The notes below the pieces were generated by a model, which saw only the letters and a list, made by a program, of their open reading frames with translations, did no database searches and had not been told where the DNA came from. Positions 19,323 through 29,074 of a stretch of DNA of 64,000 bases are shown piece by piece. Location: assembly GCA_022573285.1 (NCBI GenBank), contig JACZUF010000004.1, positions 60,441-124,440 on the forward strand, given 5' to 3'. The position numbers were made by a program, and so were the translations under genes. The DNA is from Chloroflexota bacterium. GTDB lineage: Bacteria; Chloroflexota; Dehalococcoidia; Lucifugimonadales; UBA3495. How positions within the stretch are numbered: the first letter of the stretch is position 1; every line of letters starts with the position of its first letter.

Positions 19323-20384
19323 GTGCAGTCGCCAACCATCTCCCCGGACCTAACCATCGCTGTCGTGGGCGCCACCGGCGCGGTGGGCGCCGAATTTCTC
19401 CGCATCGTGGAAAGCCGCTATACCAGCCTGCCCAAGCTGAAGTTGCTGGCATCCAGCCGCTCGGCCGGCAAGCGCATCAGCGTGGGCGGGAAAGAACTGG
19501 TGGTGGAGGAAGCCACTGAAAGGTCCTTCGACGGCGTGGACGTGGCCTTCATCTCGGCCAGCTCGGAGGTCAGCCGGCGGCTCGCCCCGGCGGCGGTGGC
19601 CGCTGGAGCAGTGGTCATCGACGATGGTTCCGAATTCCGCATGGATGACACGGTCCCCCTGGTGGTGCCCGAGGTTAACGGCGCGGACGTCGAATGGCAC
19701 CAGGGGATCATCGCCATCCCCAACTGCTCCACCACTCCTTTGGTGATGGCCGCCCACCCGCTGCACCAGGTCAACCCCATCAAACGGATCGTGGCCGACA
19801 CCTACCAGTCGGTCTCCGGAGCCGGCGGCGGGGCCATGACCGAACTGAGAGAACAATCGGAGCGGCTCCTTGACGCCGACTCCAGCACCAGCAAGTCCGG
19901 CAAGGGTCAGATCGCCTACAACGTGGTCCCCCAGATCGACCGGTTCCTGGACACCGGCTACACCTTCGAAGAGCAGAAGATGCGGCAGGAATCCCAGAAG
20001 ATAATGCACGCCCCGGACTTGAAGATCTCCGCCACCTGCGTGCGGGTCCCGGTGTACATCTCCCATTCCGCCTCGGTGCACATCGAATTCACCCGGCCCA
20101 TGCCCGTGGCAGAGGCCAGAGAGCTTTTGGCGGCCATGCCCGGAGTTACCGTGCTAGACAACCCGGAGGCGGGCGAATACCCCATGCCCTGGGACGTGGC
20201 CGGTGAGGACGATGTTTTCGTGGGGCGCATCCGGCAAGACCTTTCCCATCCCAACGGACTGGTGCTGTGGATCGTTTCCGACAACCTGCGCAAAGGCGCG
20301 GCGCTCAACTCGCTCCAGATTGCCGAAGAGCTGGTCTCCCGGGGCCGGTTGAAGCCAAAGCACGCCAGCGGAGTGACCGGCTAG
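19323..20384 (+). CDS. asd: Aspartate-semialdehyde dehydrogenase
   Basis: GATGAVG, PNCST, YQSVSGAG, TCVRVPV, DNLRKGAALN. Confidence 0.97.
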   Translation: MQSPTISPDLTIAVVGATGAVGAEFLRIVESRYTSLPKLKLLASSRSAGKRISVGGKELVVEEATERSFDGVDVAFISASSEVSRRLAPAAVAAGAVVIDDGSEFRMDDTVPLVVPEVNGADVEWHQGIIAIPNCSTTPLVMAAHPLHQVNPIKRIVADTYQSVSGAGGGAMTELREQSERLLDADSSTSKSGKGQIAYNVVPQIDRFLDTGYTFEEQKMRQESQKIMHAPDLKISATCVRVPVYISHSASVHIEFTRPMPVAEARELLAAMPGVTVLDNPEAGEYPMPWDVAGEDDVFVGRIRQDLSHPNGLVLWIVSDNLRKGAALNSLQIAEELVSRGRLKPKHASGVTG

Positions 20385-20464
20385 ACCCCAGCGGCAGGTC
20401 GGGGCATTCCTCAGAATTCAAGTCCTCCCGATTAGACATTTGATATCGCCTTTACCCGTCAAAC

Positions 20465-20492
20465 CGTCTTTCCGGCGGAAGCTGGAATCCAG
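20465..20492. repeat. CGTC-type REP-like repeat, family D (CGTCnTTCCGGCGnAnGCnGGAATCCAG)
   Basis: Second copy CGTTATTCCGGCGCAGGCCGAAATCCAG at 55291-55318. Confidence 0.6.
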
Positions 20493-20727
20493 ATTGGCGG
20501 ACTCGGCTTGTTTCTTGGAGCTCGGTTGAACAGATACAGGGCGGGTTTGAAACCCGCCCTGGTTCATATTCGACAACGTCATTGAAAGAATGGTGGACCA
20601 TCACGCAACTAGCAATGTATCTTTTCTCTCCTCATTCCAGAGGATGCGATATGAGGTATCTGAGGGTATAATGCAACAAATTTCCAAGTCCCAGGCATTG
20701 CCGCAAAGGCAATTACAGGAGGCGGGC

Positions 20728-21624
20728 ATGGCAGAGATAGGAAGGCTTCTCACAGCGATGGTTACCCCCTTTGACGACCAGGGTGCGGTCGACTACGAGC
20801 AGGCCAAGCGGCTCGCCCATGCCCTTCTGGACTCGGGCAGCGACGGCGTGGTCCTGTCCGGCACCACCGGCGAATCGCCCACCTTGACCACCGACGAGAA
20901 GATGCGTCTATTTAGCGAGGTCAAAGAGTCGATCGGAGACAAAGGCGTGGTCATCGCCGGCACCGGTACCTACAGCACCGCCGAGAGCATCAAGCTAAGC
21001 CAGGAAGCCGAGAAACAGGGCGTCGACGGCCTGCTGCTGGTGGTGCCCTACTACAACAAACCCCCGCAGGAGGGTATCTACCAGCACTTCAAGGCGATCG
21101 CGGGTAAGACCAACCTGCCTTGCATCGTCTATAACATCATGGGCCGCACCGGCGTCAACATGACCGACGAAACGACCATCCGGCTGAGCCAGATCGACAA
21201 CATCGTCGGCACCAAGGAAGCCAGCGGCGACCTGAACCAGATCGCCCGCATCATCGGCGGCGTCAGTCCCGGATTCAAAGTCTGGAGCGGCGACGACAAC
21301 CAGACCTTCTTGATCATGTCCATCGGCGGCTACGGCGTGGTCAGCGTCGCGTCCCACCTGGTCGGGAACCAGATCAAGCACATGATGGGCCTGCTGTTGG
21401 AGGGCGACATCGAAGGTGCGGCCTCCGAGCACCGCCGCCTGCTCCCCATCTTTAACGGCATTTTCATCGAGTCCAACCCCATCCCGGTGAAATACGCGGT
21501 GAACCGCATCGGCATCAAGGTGGGCGGTCCCAGGCTACCCATGGTGCCCCTCAGTGAAAAGGCCGTCGCCCAGATCGACAAATTGCTGGAGCAGTACGAG
21601 ATAGACCTGCCCGTCTCCGCCTGA
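20728..21624 (+). CDS. dapA: 4-hydroxy-tetrahydrodipicolinate synthase
   Basis: TAMVTPF, GTTGESPTL, PYYNKP, Schiff-base Lys in GTKEASG, NPIPVK; start ATG 20728 after AGGAGG. Confidence 0.96.
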   Translation: MAEIGRLLTAMVTPFDDQGAVDYEQAKRLAHALLDSGSDGVVLSGTTGESPTLTTDEKMRLFSEVKESIGDKGVVIAGTGTYSTAESIKLSQEAEKQGVDGLLLVVPYYNKPPQEGIYQHFKAIAGKTNLPCIVYNIMGRTGVNMTDETTIRLSQIDNIVGTKEASGDLNQIARIIGGVSPGFKVWSGDDNQTFLIMSIGGYGVVSVASHLVGNQIKHMMGLLLEGDIEGAASEHRRLLPIFNGIFIESNPIPVKYAVNRIGIKVGGPRLPMVPLSEKAVAQIDKLLEQYEIDLPVSA

Positions 21625-21631
21625 CCGGTAC

Positions 21632-21789
21632 GTAGGGGCGGGTTTCCAACCCGCCCTAGCGCTGGTAAACCAGGCTCCTATCGGCCAAGACCTTCGTGGG
21701 CGAACATGCCTCTCCCCAGTGGCTCCTTCGTTTCGACAACCGCAGTGGCAAAGTAAAAGGGCATCCCGATTCCATCGGGATGCCCCTAC
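21632..21789. repeat. Composite REP doublet (REPIN/MITE-like) with GTAG termini
   Basis: Inward-facing GTAG hairpins; 60-nt internal segment 21704-21763 aligns without gaps to 55507-55566 in a second element 55388-55586. Confidence 0.7.
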
Positions 21790-21841
21790 GTGGGATTGAC
21801 CTCACTCCCCCAAGGTCGAAAGACGGTTTAAAAAGGACCGA

Positions 21842-23128
21842 TTAAGTAAAAACCGGCTCCACCTGAATGGTCTCGGCGCGGCTGGGGCCGGTGGATATGA
21901 TCTGGACCCGGCATCCCACCAGTTCTTCGATCCGCTTCACGTAGGCCAACGCATTGTCGGGAAGTTGGGACAACTTGGTGGCGCTGGCGGTAGGTTGGTC
22001 CCAGCCGGGGAGTTCCTCGTAAATAGGTTCGCAGCGGGCCAACAATCCGGTGTTGGCCGGGAAGCGGTCCAAACGCTCGCCGTTCACCATGTAGCCCACG
22101 CACACCTTGACCGTCTTGAAACCGTCGAGAATGTCCAGGCGGGTCAGCACCAGTCCGGTGAATCCGTTGACCAACTGGCTGTACTTCCCAGCCACTCCGT
22201 CGAACCAGCCGATGCGCCGCGCCCGGCCGGTGGTGACGCCGAACTCCTGGGCCTTCTCCCGTATCACCGATGCCTCTTCGTCATGGATCTCCGAGGGCAT
22301 GGGGCCGCCGCCCACCCGGGTGGAATAGGCTTTGAACACGCCCAACACTCCCTTGATGGCCTGGGGGTTTAACCCCAACCCGGTGCAGGCGCCGCCGATG
22401 GATGGCGACGAAGAGGTCACGTAGGGGTAGGATCCGTGGTCGATGTCCAGAAGCGTGCCCTGGGCGCCCTCCAGCAATACCCTTTTGCCCTGGGCGAGCA
22501 AGTCCTGGATCAGTTGCTCGGTGGGCTTGGCAAAGGGCGCCAGTTGGTCGGCCCAGATGCGGCACTTGGCCAGCACGTCATCCAAGGCCAGAGGCTCGCC
22601 GCCGTAGATCTTGGTGATCAGGGCGTTCTTGTGTTTCAGGGTCTGTTCCACCATGGGCACCAGGGCGTCCCAGTCCAACAGGTCGCCGACCCTGATCCCC
22701 GCGCGGCCCGTCTTGTCCACATAGGCCGGGCCGATTCCCCGGCCGGTGGTGCCGATGGCCGCATCGCCTCTGGCCTCCTCCTCCAGGTGGTCGAGGACGA
22801 TGTGGTAGGGCATGATGACGTGGGCGCGCTCGCTGATATAGAGCTTGCTGGTGTCGATACCCCGAGCGGCGATCTCGGCAAGCTCGTTGACCAACACATC
22901 GGGGTCGACAACCACCCCGTTGCCGATGATGCCGTAGACATTCGGCCAGCAGATGCCGGCGGGCACCAGATGTAACTGGAAAGTTCCCTTATCGTTGACG
23001 ACCGTATGACCGGCGTTGTTGCCGCCCGCATAACGGACTACGCTGTCAACGTCTCCGGCAAGGTAGTCGATCACCTTCCCCTTGCCCTCGTCACCCCATT
23101 GGCCGCCGATCACGGCATATGCCGGCAT
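21842..23128 (-). CDS. purA: Adenylosuccinate synthetase
   Basis: GGQWGDEGKGK, GGNNAGHT, GTTGRGIGPAY, EGAQG, EFGVTTGR. Confidence 0.98.
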   Translation of the reverse strand: MPAYAVIGGQWGDEGKGKVIDYLAGDVDSVVRYAGGNNAGHTVVNDKGTFQLHLVPAGICWPNVYGIIGNGVVVDPDVLVNELAEIAARGIDTSKLYISERAHVIMPYHIVLDHLEEEARGDAAIGTTGRGIGPAYVDKTGRAGIRVGDLLDWDALVPMVEQTLKHKNALITKIYGGEPLALDDVLAKCRIWADQLAPFAKPTEQLIQDLLAQGKRVLLEGAQGTLLDIDHGSYPYVTSSSPSIGGACTGLGLNPQAIKGVLGVFKAYSTRVGGGPMPSEIHDEEASVIREKAQEFGVTTGRARRIGWFDGVAGKYSQLVNGFTGLVLTRLDILDGFKTVKVCVGYMVNGERLDRFPANTGLLARCEPIYEELPGWDQPTASATKLSQLPDNALAYVKRIEELVGCRVQIISTGPSRAETIQVEPVFT

Positions 23129-23414
23129 CCCTAATAGCCCGCCTTACAAAAAACATACCCGTCCCCAGGAAAAGGGAGGAGCTAAACGAGTATAGCAAAA
23201 TCATTTTCCATGGGAAAGTGAGGGCAAGCAAGGCAGTTAGGTCTCAGATTCCTGGGCCATCTTGCCGAGGCGTATAAAACGGGCGCGGTTGCCGATTTGA
23301 CACCCAATTCCGGCCCCGGCAGTAGTCGCCGCGCCCCGCTCAAGGGTAGAATGGACCTGCGCCATACCAGCCCAAATCAAATCCGCCCGGACCAGGCAGG
23401 AACGAATTTTCACC

Positions 23415-23867
23415 ATGGCCCTCAGAGACAAACTGGAAGAAGACATCAAAGATTCCATGCGCAACCGCGATCAGGCACGCTTGGACGCCCTGCGCTTCCT
23501 GAAATTTGCCGTTCAGGCCGTCGAGAAGGAACAGAAGAAGGGGCTGGACGACGCCGGCATGGTCGAGGTGGCCACCAAACAGGCCAGCGACCGCCGCGAC
23601 AGCATCAGGGCCTTCGAGGAGGGCGGCCGCGACACCATGGCGGCCAAAGAGGCAACCGAACTCAAGGTCCTGGAAGAATTCCTCCCGCCCCAGATGTCCC
23701 CTGAGGCGTTAACCCAACTGATTAAGGACACCGCCGCCGAGGTTGGGGCGGCCTCGCCCCAGGACAAGGGCAAGCTCATGGGCAAGCTCATGCCCCAGGT
23801 GCGTGGCAAAGCCGACGGCGCCGTGGTCAACCAGATGGCCACCGAGTACCTGGAGTCCTTAGCCTGA
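23415..23867 (+). CDS. GatB/YqeY domain protein
   Basis: DIKDSMR..D..RL, RRDSI..F..GGR, FLPPQMS, GKLMGKLMPQVRGKADG. Confidence 0.9.
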   Translation: MALRDKLEEDIKDSMRNRDQARLDALRFLKFAVQAVEKEQKKGLDDAGMVEVATKQASDRRDSIRAFEEGGRDTMAAKEATELKVLEEFLPPQMSPEALTQLIKDTAAEVGAASPQDKGKLMGKLMPQVRGKADGAVVNQMATEYLESLA

Positions 23868-24562
23868 TGCGGTTCGGCATTCTGGTCTTCCCCGGCACCT
23901 GGAGCGACACCGACTGCTACTATCAGGTAAAGAACATCCTGGGACAAGACGCCGAGTACGTCTGGCACCAGGAGACCAGTCTGGACGGATTCGACTCGGT
24001 GATCCTGCCGGGAGGCTTCTCCTACGGCGACTACCTGCGGCCCGGAGCCATGGCCCGGTTTTCCCCGGTTATGGACGCCCTGAACAGATTTATCGACTCC
24101 GGAAGGACGGCCATCGGCATCTGCAACGGGTTCCAGATACTCTGTGAATCGGGCCTCCTGCCCGGCGCCTTGCTCCCCAATCACCACCTGGAGTACCGCT
24201 GCCAGTGGACCCACCTGCGCACCGAGCGGGCCGACACCCCCTTCACCCAGTCCTGCGGGCAGGGCCAACTCTTGAAGGTGCCGGTCTCCCACGGGGAGGG
24301 CAACTACTTCGCCGATACCGCCACCCTGGCCCAGCTTGAGGAGGAGGGGCGGGTGCTCTTCCGGTACTGCGACGCCTCGGGCCGGGCCACCGAGGACGCC
24401 AACCCCAACGGCTCGGCCAATAACATCGCCGGCATCATCAACGAAGCGGGCAACGTGCTGGGGATGATGCCCCACCCCGAACGGAGCTGCGAAGCCATCC
24501 TGGGCAGCACCGACGGCAACCTGATAATCGAGTCAATCATCGAAAGCTGCAGGCAGGGCTAG
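23867..24562 (+). CDS. purQ: FGAM synthase glutaminase subunit
   Basis: FPGT, PGGFSYGDYLR, GICNGFQIL, HGEGNY, MMPHPER. Confidence 0.97.
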   Translation: MRFGILVFPGTWSDTDCYYQVKNILGQDAEYVWHQETSLDGFDSVILPGGFSYGDYLRPGAMARFSPVMDALNRFIDSGRTAIGICNGFQILCESGLLPGALLPNHHLEYRCQWTHLRTERADTPFTQSCGQGQLLKVPVSHGEGNYFADTATLAQLEEEGRVLFRYCDASGRATEDANPNGSANNIAGIINEAGNVLGMMPHPERSCEAILGSTDGNLIIESIIESCRQG

Positions 24563-24570
24563 CCAGCCCG

Positions 24571-25500
24571 ATGGCGGCCGTCGGCCTATCGATACTTGCC
24601 GCCTTTGGGTTCGCCAGTTCGGCGGTCCTCTCCCGCCAGGGCATGCAGGCCATATTCCCCCTTCCGGGCGTCATGGTCTCCCTCTTTGTCAGCTTCCTTC
24701 TTTCGTCGGTCATGGTCCTGCTGTTCGCATTTTCCGACATCAGCAGTATCCCGCAGGCAGCCGTCTTCTGGATCCTCGGTCTGGGGGTCATGAACTTTCT
24801 GGGCGGCCGGTCCCAAAACTTCCTGTCGGTCAACATGATCGGCGCTTCCCGGGCCAGTCTGTTCGTATCTTCGCAGGCGCCCTTCGCCGCCATATTCGCC
24901 GTAACGTTCACCGGCGAGAGCATCCATCCCCTGGTGGCCCTGGGCACGGTCGGCGTGGTGGGCGGCCTGCTTTTCGCCAGCGGAGACTCCATATTGCAGG
25001 GTTGGCGGACCGATAAAATCTTCTTGTTGGGCTACCTGATGGCTCTGGGCGCGGGAGCCTCCTATGGGGCCACCAACGTGATGGCCAAACAGACCCTCCA
25101 GGTATACGACTCCCCGCTCATGATGACCGCCTTCAGCATGCTGGTTGGTCTGGTGGTGCTGTCGCCACTGGTAGGCGCAAGCGCCGCCCATAGCGGTGTC
25201 ATTCGGACTAGAAACACCGGAGTTCGGGGATATCGCGGTTTCCTTCGGTCTTTGTCATCTTTTAAGTTCGTTGCGCTGTCCGGGCTGGCTTCGGGGATTG
25301 CCGTGATCGCCTGGTATTTCGCCGTGCAACGGGCCGATGTGGTAGTCATCAGCCCAATCGTCTCCAGCAGCCCCCTGATTACCCTCTTCTTGGCCCACCT
25401 GTTCTTAGCCAGGCTGGAACGGGTCACGCGGCGATTGGCCGCCGGGGCCGCGCTAACCGTCATCGGAGTCCTTCTGGTGGTTTGGGGCTCCCAGTTTTGA
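24571..25500 (+). CDS. DMT/EamA family transporter
   Basis: About 10 TM segments, two EamA repeats, IGASRA, LERVT. Confidence 0.88.
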   Translation: MAAVGLSILAAFGFASSAVLSRQGMQAIFPLPGVMVSLFVSFLLSSVMVLLFAFSDISSIPQAAVFWILGLGVMNFLGGRSQNFLSVNMIGASRASLFVSSQAPFAAIFAVTFTGESIHPLVALGTVGVVGGLLFASGDSILQGWRTDKIFLLGYLMALGAGASYGATNVMAKQTLQVYDSPLMMTAFSMLVGLVVLSPLVGASAAHSGVIRTRNTGVRGYRGFLRSLSSFKFVALSGLASGIAVIAWYFAVQRADVVVISPIVSSSPLITLFLAHLFLARLERVTRRLAAGAALTVIGVLLVVWGSQF

Positions 25501-25520
25501 TTGGGACGGCTCGGTAAACC

Positions 25521-26414
25521 GTGACGGCGATAGCGCTGTCTTTATTGTCGGGCTTCGGGTTCGGCAGCGCGGCCATCTTCGCCCGCGTCGGCATGCAGGG
25601 GGTGAGCCCTCTACCCAGCACCTTGATTTCGGTGGTGGTCAGCTTCGTTCCATCGCTCATTCTGGCCTTGGTCTTCGCCCTGTCCGACTTCAGGGACCTG
25701 CCGCCCATCGCCATTGCGTGGTTCTTGGTGTTGGGGGCAGTGAACTTTCTTGGCGGGCGGACTCAGAGCTACCGGGCCATCGGACGCATCGGCGCTTCCC
25801 GCGCCGGCGCGATCCTGGGCACCTCGGCAGTATTCGCCACGGTATTCGCCATCACCCTTACCGGCGAGCGCCCTCACTTCGTGGTCCTCGTTGGCACCGC
25901 AGTGGTGGTTATGGGCCTGATCGCCGCCTTGGGCAACTCCATCCGCGAAGGAATCGCGGCCGACCGGCGGGCGGCGCTTGGCTACCTGATGGCCCTGGTT
26001 GCCGCCGCCTGCTACGGGGGAACCAACGTTATCGCCAAGCACCTGACCGAGGCTTACGGGTCGCCGCTCATGATTTCCACCATCAGCCTGCTGTTCGGCA
26101 TCATCCTCCTGTGGCCATTGGCCGGACGCGAGGCTGTCTCCGCGTTGCGGGCGTCGCGGAGGAACCCCACTTTCGCCATATCAGCGGGGTTGTCCGGGTT
26201 GGCGGCCGCCACCGGGGTCATCTGCCTGTACTTCGCGCTGGAGCGGGCCGACGTGGCCGTGGTCTCGCCCATAGTCTCCATCAACCCCATAATCACCTTG
26301 GTCTTGGCCCAGATCTTTATCTCCCGCATGGAAGACCTGACCAAGTGGTTGTACTTGGGGGTCGGCATCACGGTGGCCGGAGTGGCAATTGTGTCCCTGG
26401 GTAGCACGCTCTAA
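25521..26414 (+). CDS. DMT/EamA family transporter (tandem paralogue)
   Basis: Shares NFLGGRxQ, IGASRA, YGxTNVxAK and RADV motifs with the upstream gene. Confidence 0.88.
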   Translation: MTAIALSLLSGFGFGSAAIFARVGMQGVSPLPSTLISVVVSFVPSLILALVFALSDFRDLPPIAIAWFLVLGAVNFLGGRTQSYRAIGRIGASRAGAILGTSAVFATVFAITLTGERPHFVVLVGTAVVVMGLIAALGNSIREGIAADRRAALGYLMALVAAACYGGTNVIAKHLTEAYGSPLMISTISLLFGIILLWPLAGREAVSALRASRRNPTFAISAGLSGLAAATGVICLYFALERADVAVVSPIVSINPIITLVLAQIFISRMEDLTKWLYLGVGITVAGVAIVSLGSTL

Positions 26415-26545
26415 CTCCCATTGCTTGCCCTGCATCCCCCACGCCTGCCCAAGGGGCACCGGCTTTGTGGCATAATTGGGCCCAGACGTATCGGCGCCGC
26501 ACCACATCGCAAGATTAATCGGATAGAGGAGTCTGAGGAGACACC

Positions 26546-27364
26546 GTGTTCGAGAAGATTCAACACATCGGGTATCTGACCCCGGACCTGGACGCCGCAA
26601 TCGCCTGGTTCGAGAAGTCCTTCGGCGCCACCAACGCCGGCGGCGGCCCCCTGAGTAAGACTTACGCCCTGCCCAGCGGCGGCCGCAACGCCTACGTTCG
26701 CTTCGGCAACGCCGAGGCCGAATTGCTTGAGCCTGAGGACAAGTCCGGTCTCTCCAGCGATGTCCTCACCATGCACCACGTTGGCTACGTGGTGGCCGAC
26801 ATCGACAAGTCCGTCGATGAGCTCGCCACCCGTGGATTCAAATTCGCCGCCGACAAGCCATTTACCAACGTGTTCGGCCAGCAGGTCCTCTACTTCGACG
26901 CATCAACCACCAACGGTGTGATGGTGCACCTGACCCAGTTGCCCGCCCAACCGGACACCACCAAAGCCGGCACCGGCCTCGAAGTAGAGCGCATCATCCA
27001 CGCCGGCTACCGGGTGCCGAACCTGGAAGAGGCCATCAAGTGGTACGTGGAAAAGTTCGACGGCGAGCACCTGGGCGGCGGCCCATCCAGGAGCGGCGGC
27101 CGCAACGCCTTTGTGAACTTCGGCCAGGTCCAAGTGGAGCTTATCGAGCCTGGAGACCCCGCCGGCATGGGCAACGGCCATACGATGGACCACGTAGGCT
27201 ACGTGGTGGGCGACATACCGTCCTGCATGGGCGAGTGCCAGTCCCACGGCCTGAGATTCGTGGCCGACACGCCCATTACCAACTCGGTGGGTCAGCAGGT
27301 GCTGTACTTCGAAACCGACACCAGCATGGGTTCACGGATGCACCTGACCCGGCTGCCGGACTAG
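26546..27364 (+). CDS. Two-domain VOC family protein (methylmalonyl-CoA epimerase-like fold)
   Basis: Internal duplication of HxGY..SGGRNA..ELxEP..HVGYVV.D..GQQVLYF..HLT. Confidence 0.85.
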   Translation: MFEKIQHIGYLTPDLDAAIAWFEKSFGATNAGGGPLSKTYALPSGGRNAYVRFGNAEAELLEPEDKSGLSSDVLTMHHVGYVVADIDKSVDELATRGFKFAADKPFTNVFGQQVLYFDASTTNGVMVHLTQLPAQPDTTKAGTGLEVERIIHAGYRVPNLEEAIKWYVEKFDGEHLGGGPSRSGGRNAFVNFGQVQVELIEPGDPAGMGNGHTMDHVGYVVGDIPSCMGECQSHGLRFVADTPITNSVGQQVLYFETDTSMGSRMHLTRLPD

Positions 27365-27407
27365 GCCCACGGCCAGCCCGTCGAGTTATATAAACACGCA
27401 GGCCGAC

Positions 27408-27956
27408 ATGCAGGCAGACCAGGTGCGCAACATAATCTTGGTGGGCTTCATGGCCTCAGGTAAAAGCAGCGTGGGGCGGGCCCTATCCCGCCGCATTGGC
27501 TGGCCCAGAGTGGACGCCGACGAGGAGATAGTGTCCAGGGCCGGAAGGCCCATCGCCGACATCTTCCGGGACTCGGGCGAGGACGCCTTCAGAGAACTGG
27601 AGCGTGCGGTGATGCGCGACATCTGCCTGGAGAACGGCCGCATCATCGCCGCGGGTGGCGGGTCGTTCGTAGATGAAGAGACCCGCCGGACGATGCTGGA
27701 ATGCGGGACAGTATTTTATCTCAGCACCCGTCCCGAGACGATCCACCGCCGGGTGACCAGGGGGAACCCCAACGCCCCGGCCCGGCCGCTGCTGGCCGGA
27801 GGGGACCCGTTGGAGCGCATTAAAGAACTACTGGCCCAGCGGGCCCCCGCCTACTCCCAGGCCCATCACTCGATTGAAACAGACCAACTGTCCCCGGACC
27901 AAGTGGCGGAGGCCATCTTGAATATCTGCGGACCGGGGTTGTCAAAAAGCACCTGA
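27408..27956 (+). CDS. aroK: Shikimate kinase
   Basis: GFMASGKSSVG, GEDAFRELE, AGGG, RPLL. Confidence 0.95.
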   Translation: MQADQVRNIILVGFMASGKSSVGRALSRRIGWPRVDADEEIVSRAGRPIADIFRDSGEDAFRELERAVMRDICLENGRIIAAGGGSFVDEETRRTMLECGTVFYLSTRPETIHRRVTRGNPNAPARPLLAGGDPLERIKELLAQRAPAYSQAHHSIETDQLSPDQVAEAILNICGPGLSKST

Positions 27957-27973
27957 AGAACGGAGACCAGACC

Positions 27974-29074
27974 ATGGCCGACCCAGACTTGGCGGCGGAA
28001 GTAACCCACTCCGGCGGGTCCTATCCGGTGATTGCCGGTTGGGGCGTCATCGACAACCTGGGCGACCGGTTTGCGGACCTGGGGCTGACGAACACGGCCT
28101 ATATCATCACCGACGAAAACGTGATGAACCCCTACGGGCGCAACGTCCAGCGGGCGCTCCAGAAACGGCGCATCCCCGCCCACTGCTTCATCATCCCCGC
28201 CGGGGAGACCAGCAAGAGTTTCGAGCTGGCCCAGGGCATCTACAACTGGCTGGCGGGACTAAAAGCCGAGCGCGGCCACACGATCATCAGCGTCGGCGGC
28301 GGTGTCGCCGGAGACCTGGGCGGGTTCGTCGCCGCCACCTACCTGCGGGGCATGCCCTTCGTGCAGGTGCCCACCAGCATGGCCGCCATGGTGGACGCGT
28401 CCATCGGCGGCAAGGTCGCGGTCAACCTGCCCCAGGCCAAGAACCTGGTGGGGGCCTTCCACCAGCCCAAGGGCGTGTTCGCCGACGTGCAGGCCCTCTC
28501 CACCCTGGGTAAAAGGGAACTGGCCGAGGGTTGGGCCGAGGCCATTAAGCATGGCTTCATCCTGGACGCCGGCCTGGTGGACGTGTTCGAAGAGCACGCC
28601 GAGGCCCTGATGAACGTGGAGCCCGAGATCACAACCGAGGTGATCCGCCGCAGCATGGCCATCAAGGCCAACGTGGTCAGCCAGGATGAAAGGGAAACCC
28701 TGGGCATCCGCATCATGCTGAATTACGGCCACACCATCGGGCATGCCCTGGAATCATCCACCGAGTACGGCCGGTTCTTGCACGGCGAAGGCGTCGCCGT
28801 GGGGATGATGGGCGCGGCGTCCATGGCCCAGGAGATGGGGCTGCACTCCCAGGACTTAGTGGACCGCCAGCGCCGGCTGTTGGAGCGGTTCGACCTGCCC
28901 ACATCGGCCAAAGGGGTGGCGGTGGACGATATCCTGAGGGGCCTGGCCCTGGACAAGAAGAGCCAGGACGGCTCCAACCGCTGGGTGATGCTGGAAGAGG
29001 TGGGCCGGTCCGTGGTCCGCAGCGACGTGCCCAAGGAGTTGGTGGAGAAGACGGTCCGGGAACTGGTCAGCTAA
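27974..29074 (+). CDS. aroB: 3-dehydroquinate synthase
   Basis: GETSKS, GGGVAGDLGGF, DASIGGK, LNYGHTIGHA, HGEGVAVG. Confidence 0.97.
   Translation: MADPDLAAEVTHSGGSYPVIAGWGVIDNLGDRFADLGLTNTAYIITDENVMNPYGRNVQRALQKRRIPAHCFIIPAGETSKSFELAQGIYNWLAGLKAERGHTIISVGGGVAGDLGGFVAATYLRGMPFVQVPTSMAAMVDASIGGKVAVNLPQAKNLVGAFHQPKGVFADVQALSTLGKRELAEGWAEAIKHGFILDAGLVDVFEEHAEALMNVEPEITTEVIRRSMAIKANVVSQDERETLGIRIMLNYGHTIGHALESSTEYGRFLHGEGVAVGMMGAASMAQEMGLHSQDLVDRQRRLLERFDLPTSAKGVAVDDILRGLALDKKSQDGSNRWVMLEEVGRSVVRSDVPKELVEKTVRELVS

Noticed and set aside
20590-20727. Long N-terminal extensions in the ORF track (dapA; likewise DUF1501, Fpg, MoaD, DUF3800, NHL)
   Set aside because: Downstream starts have an RBS or leaderless promoter and match family N-termini
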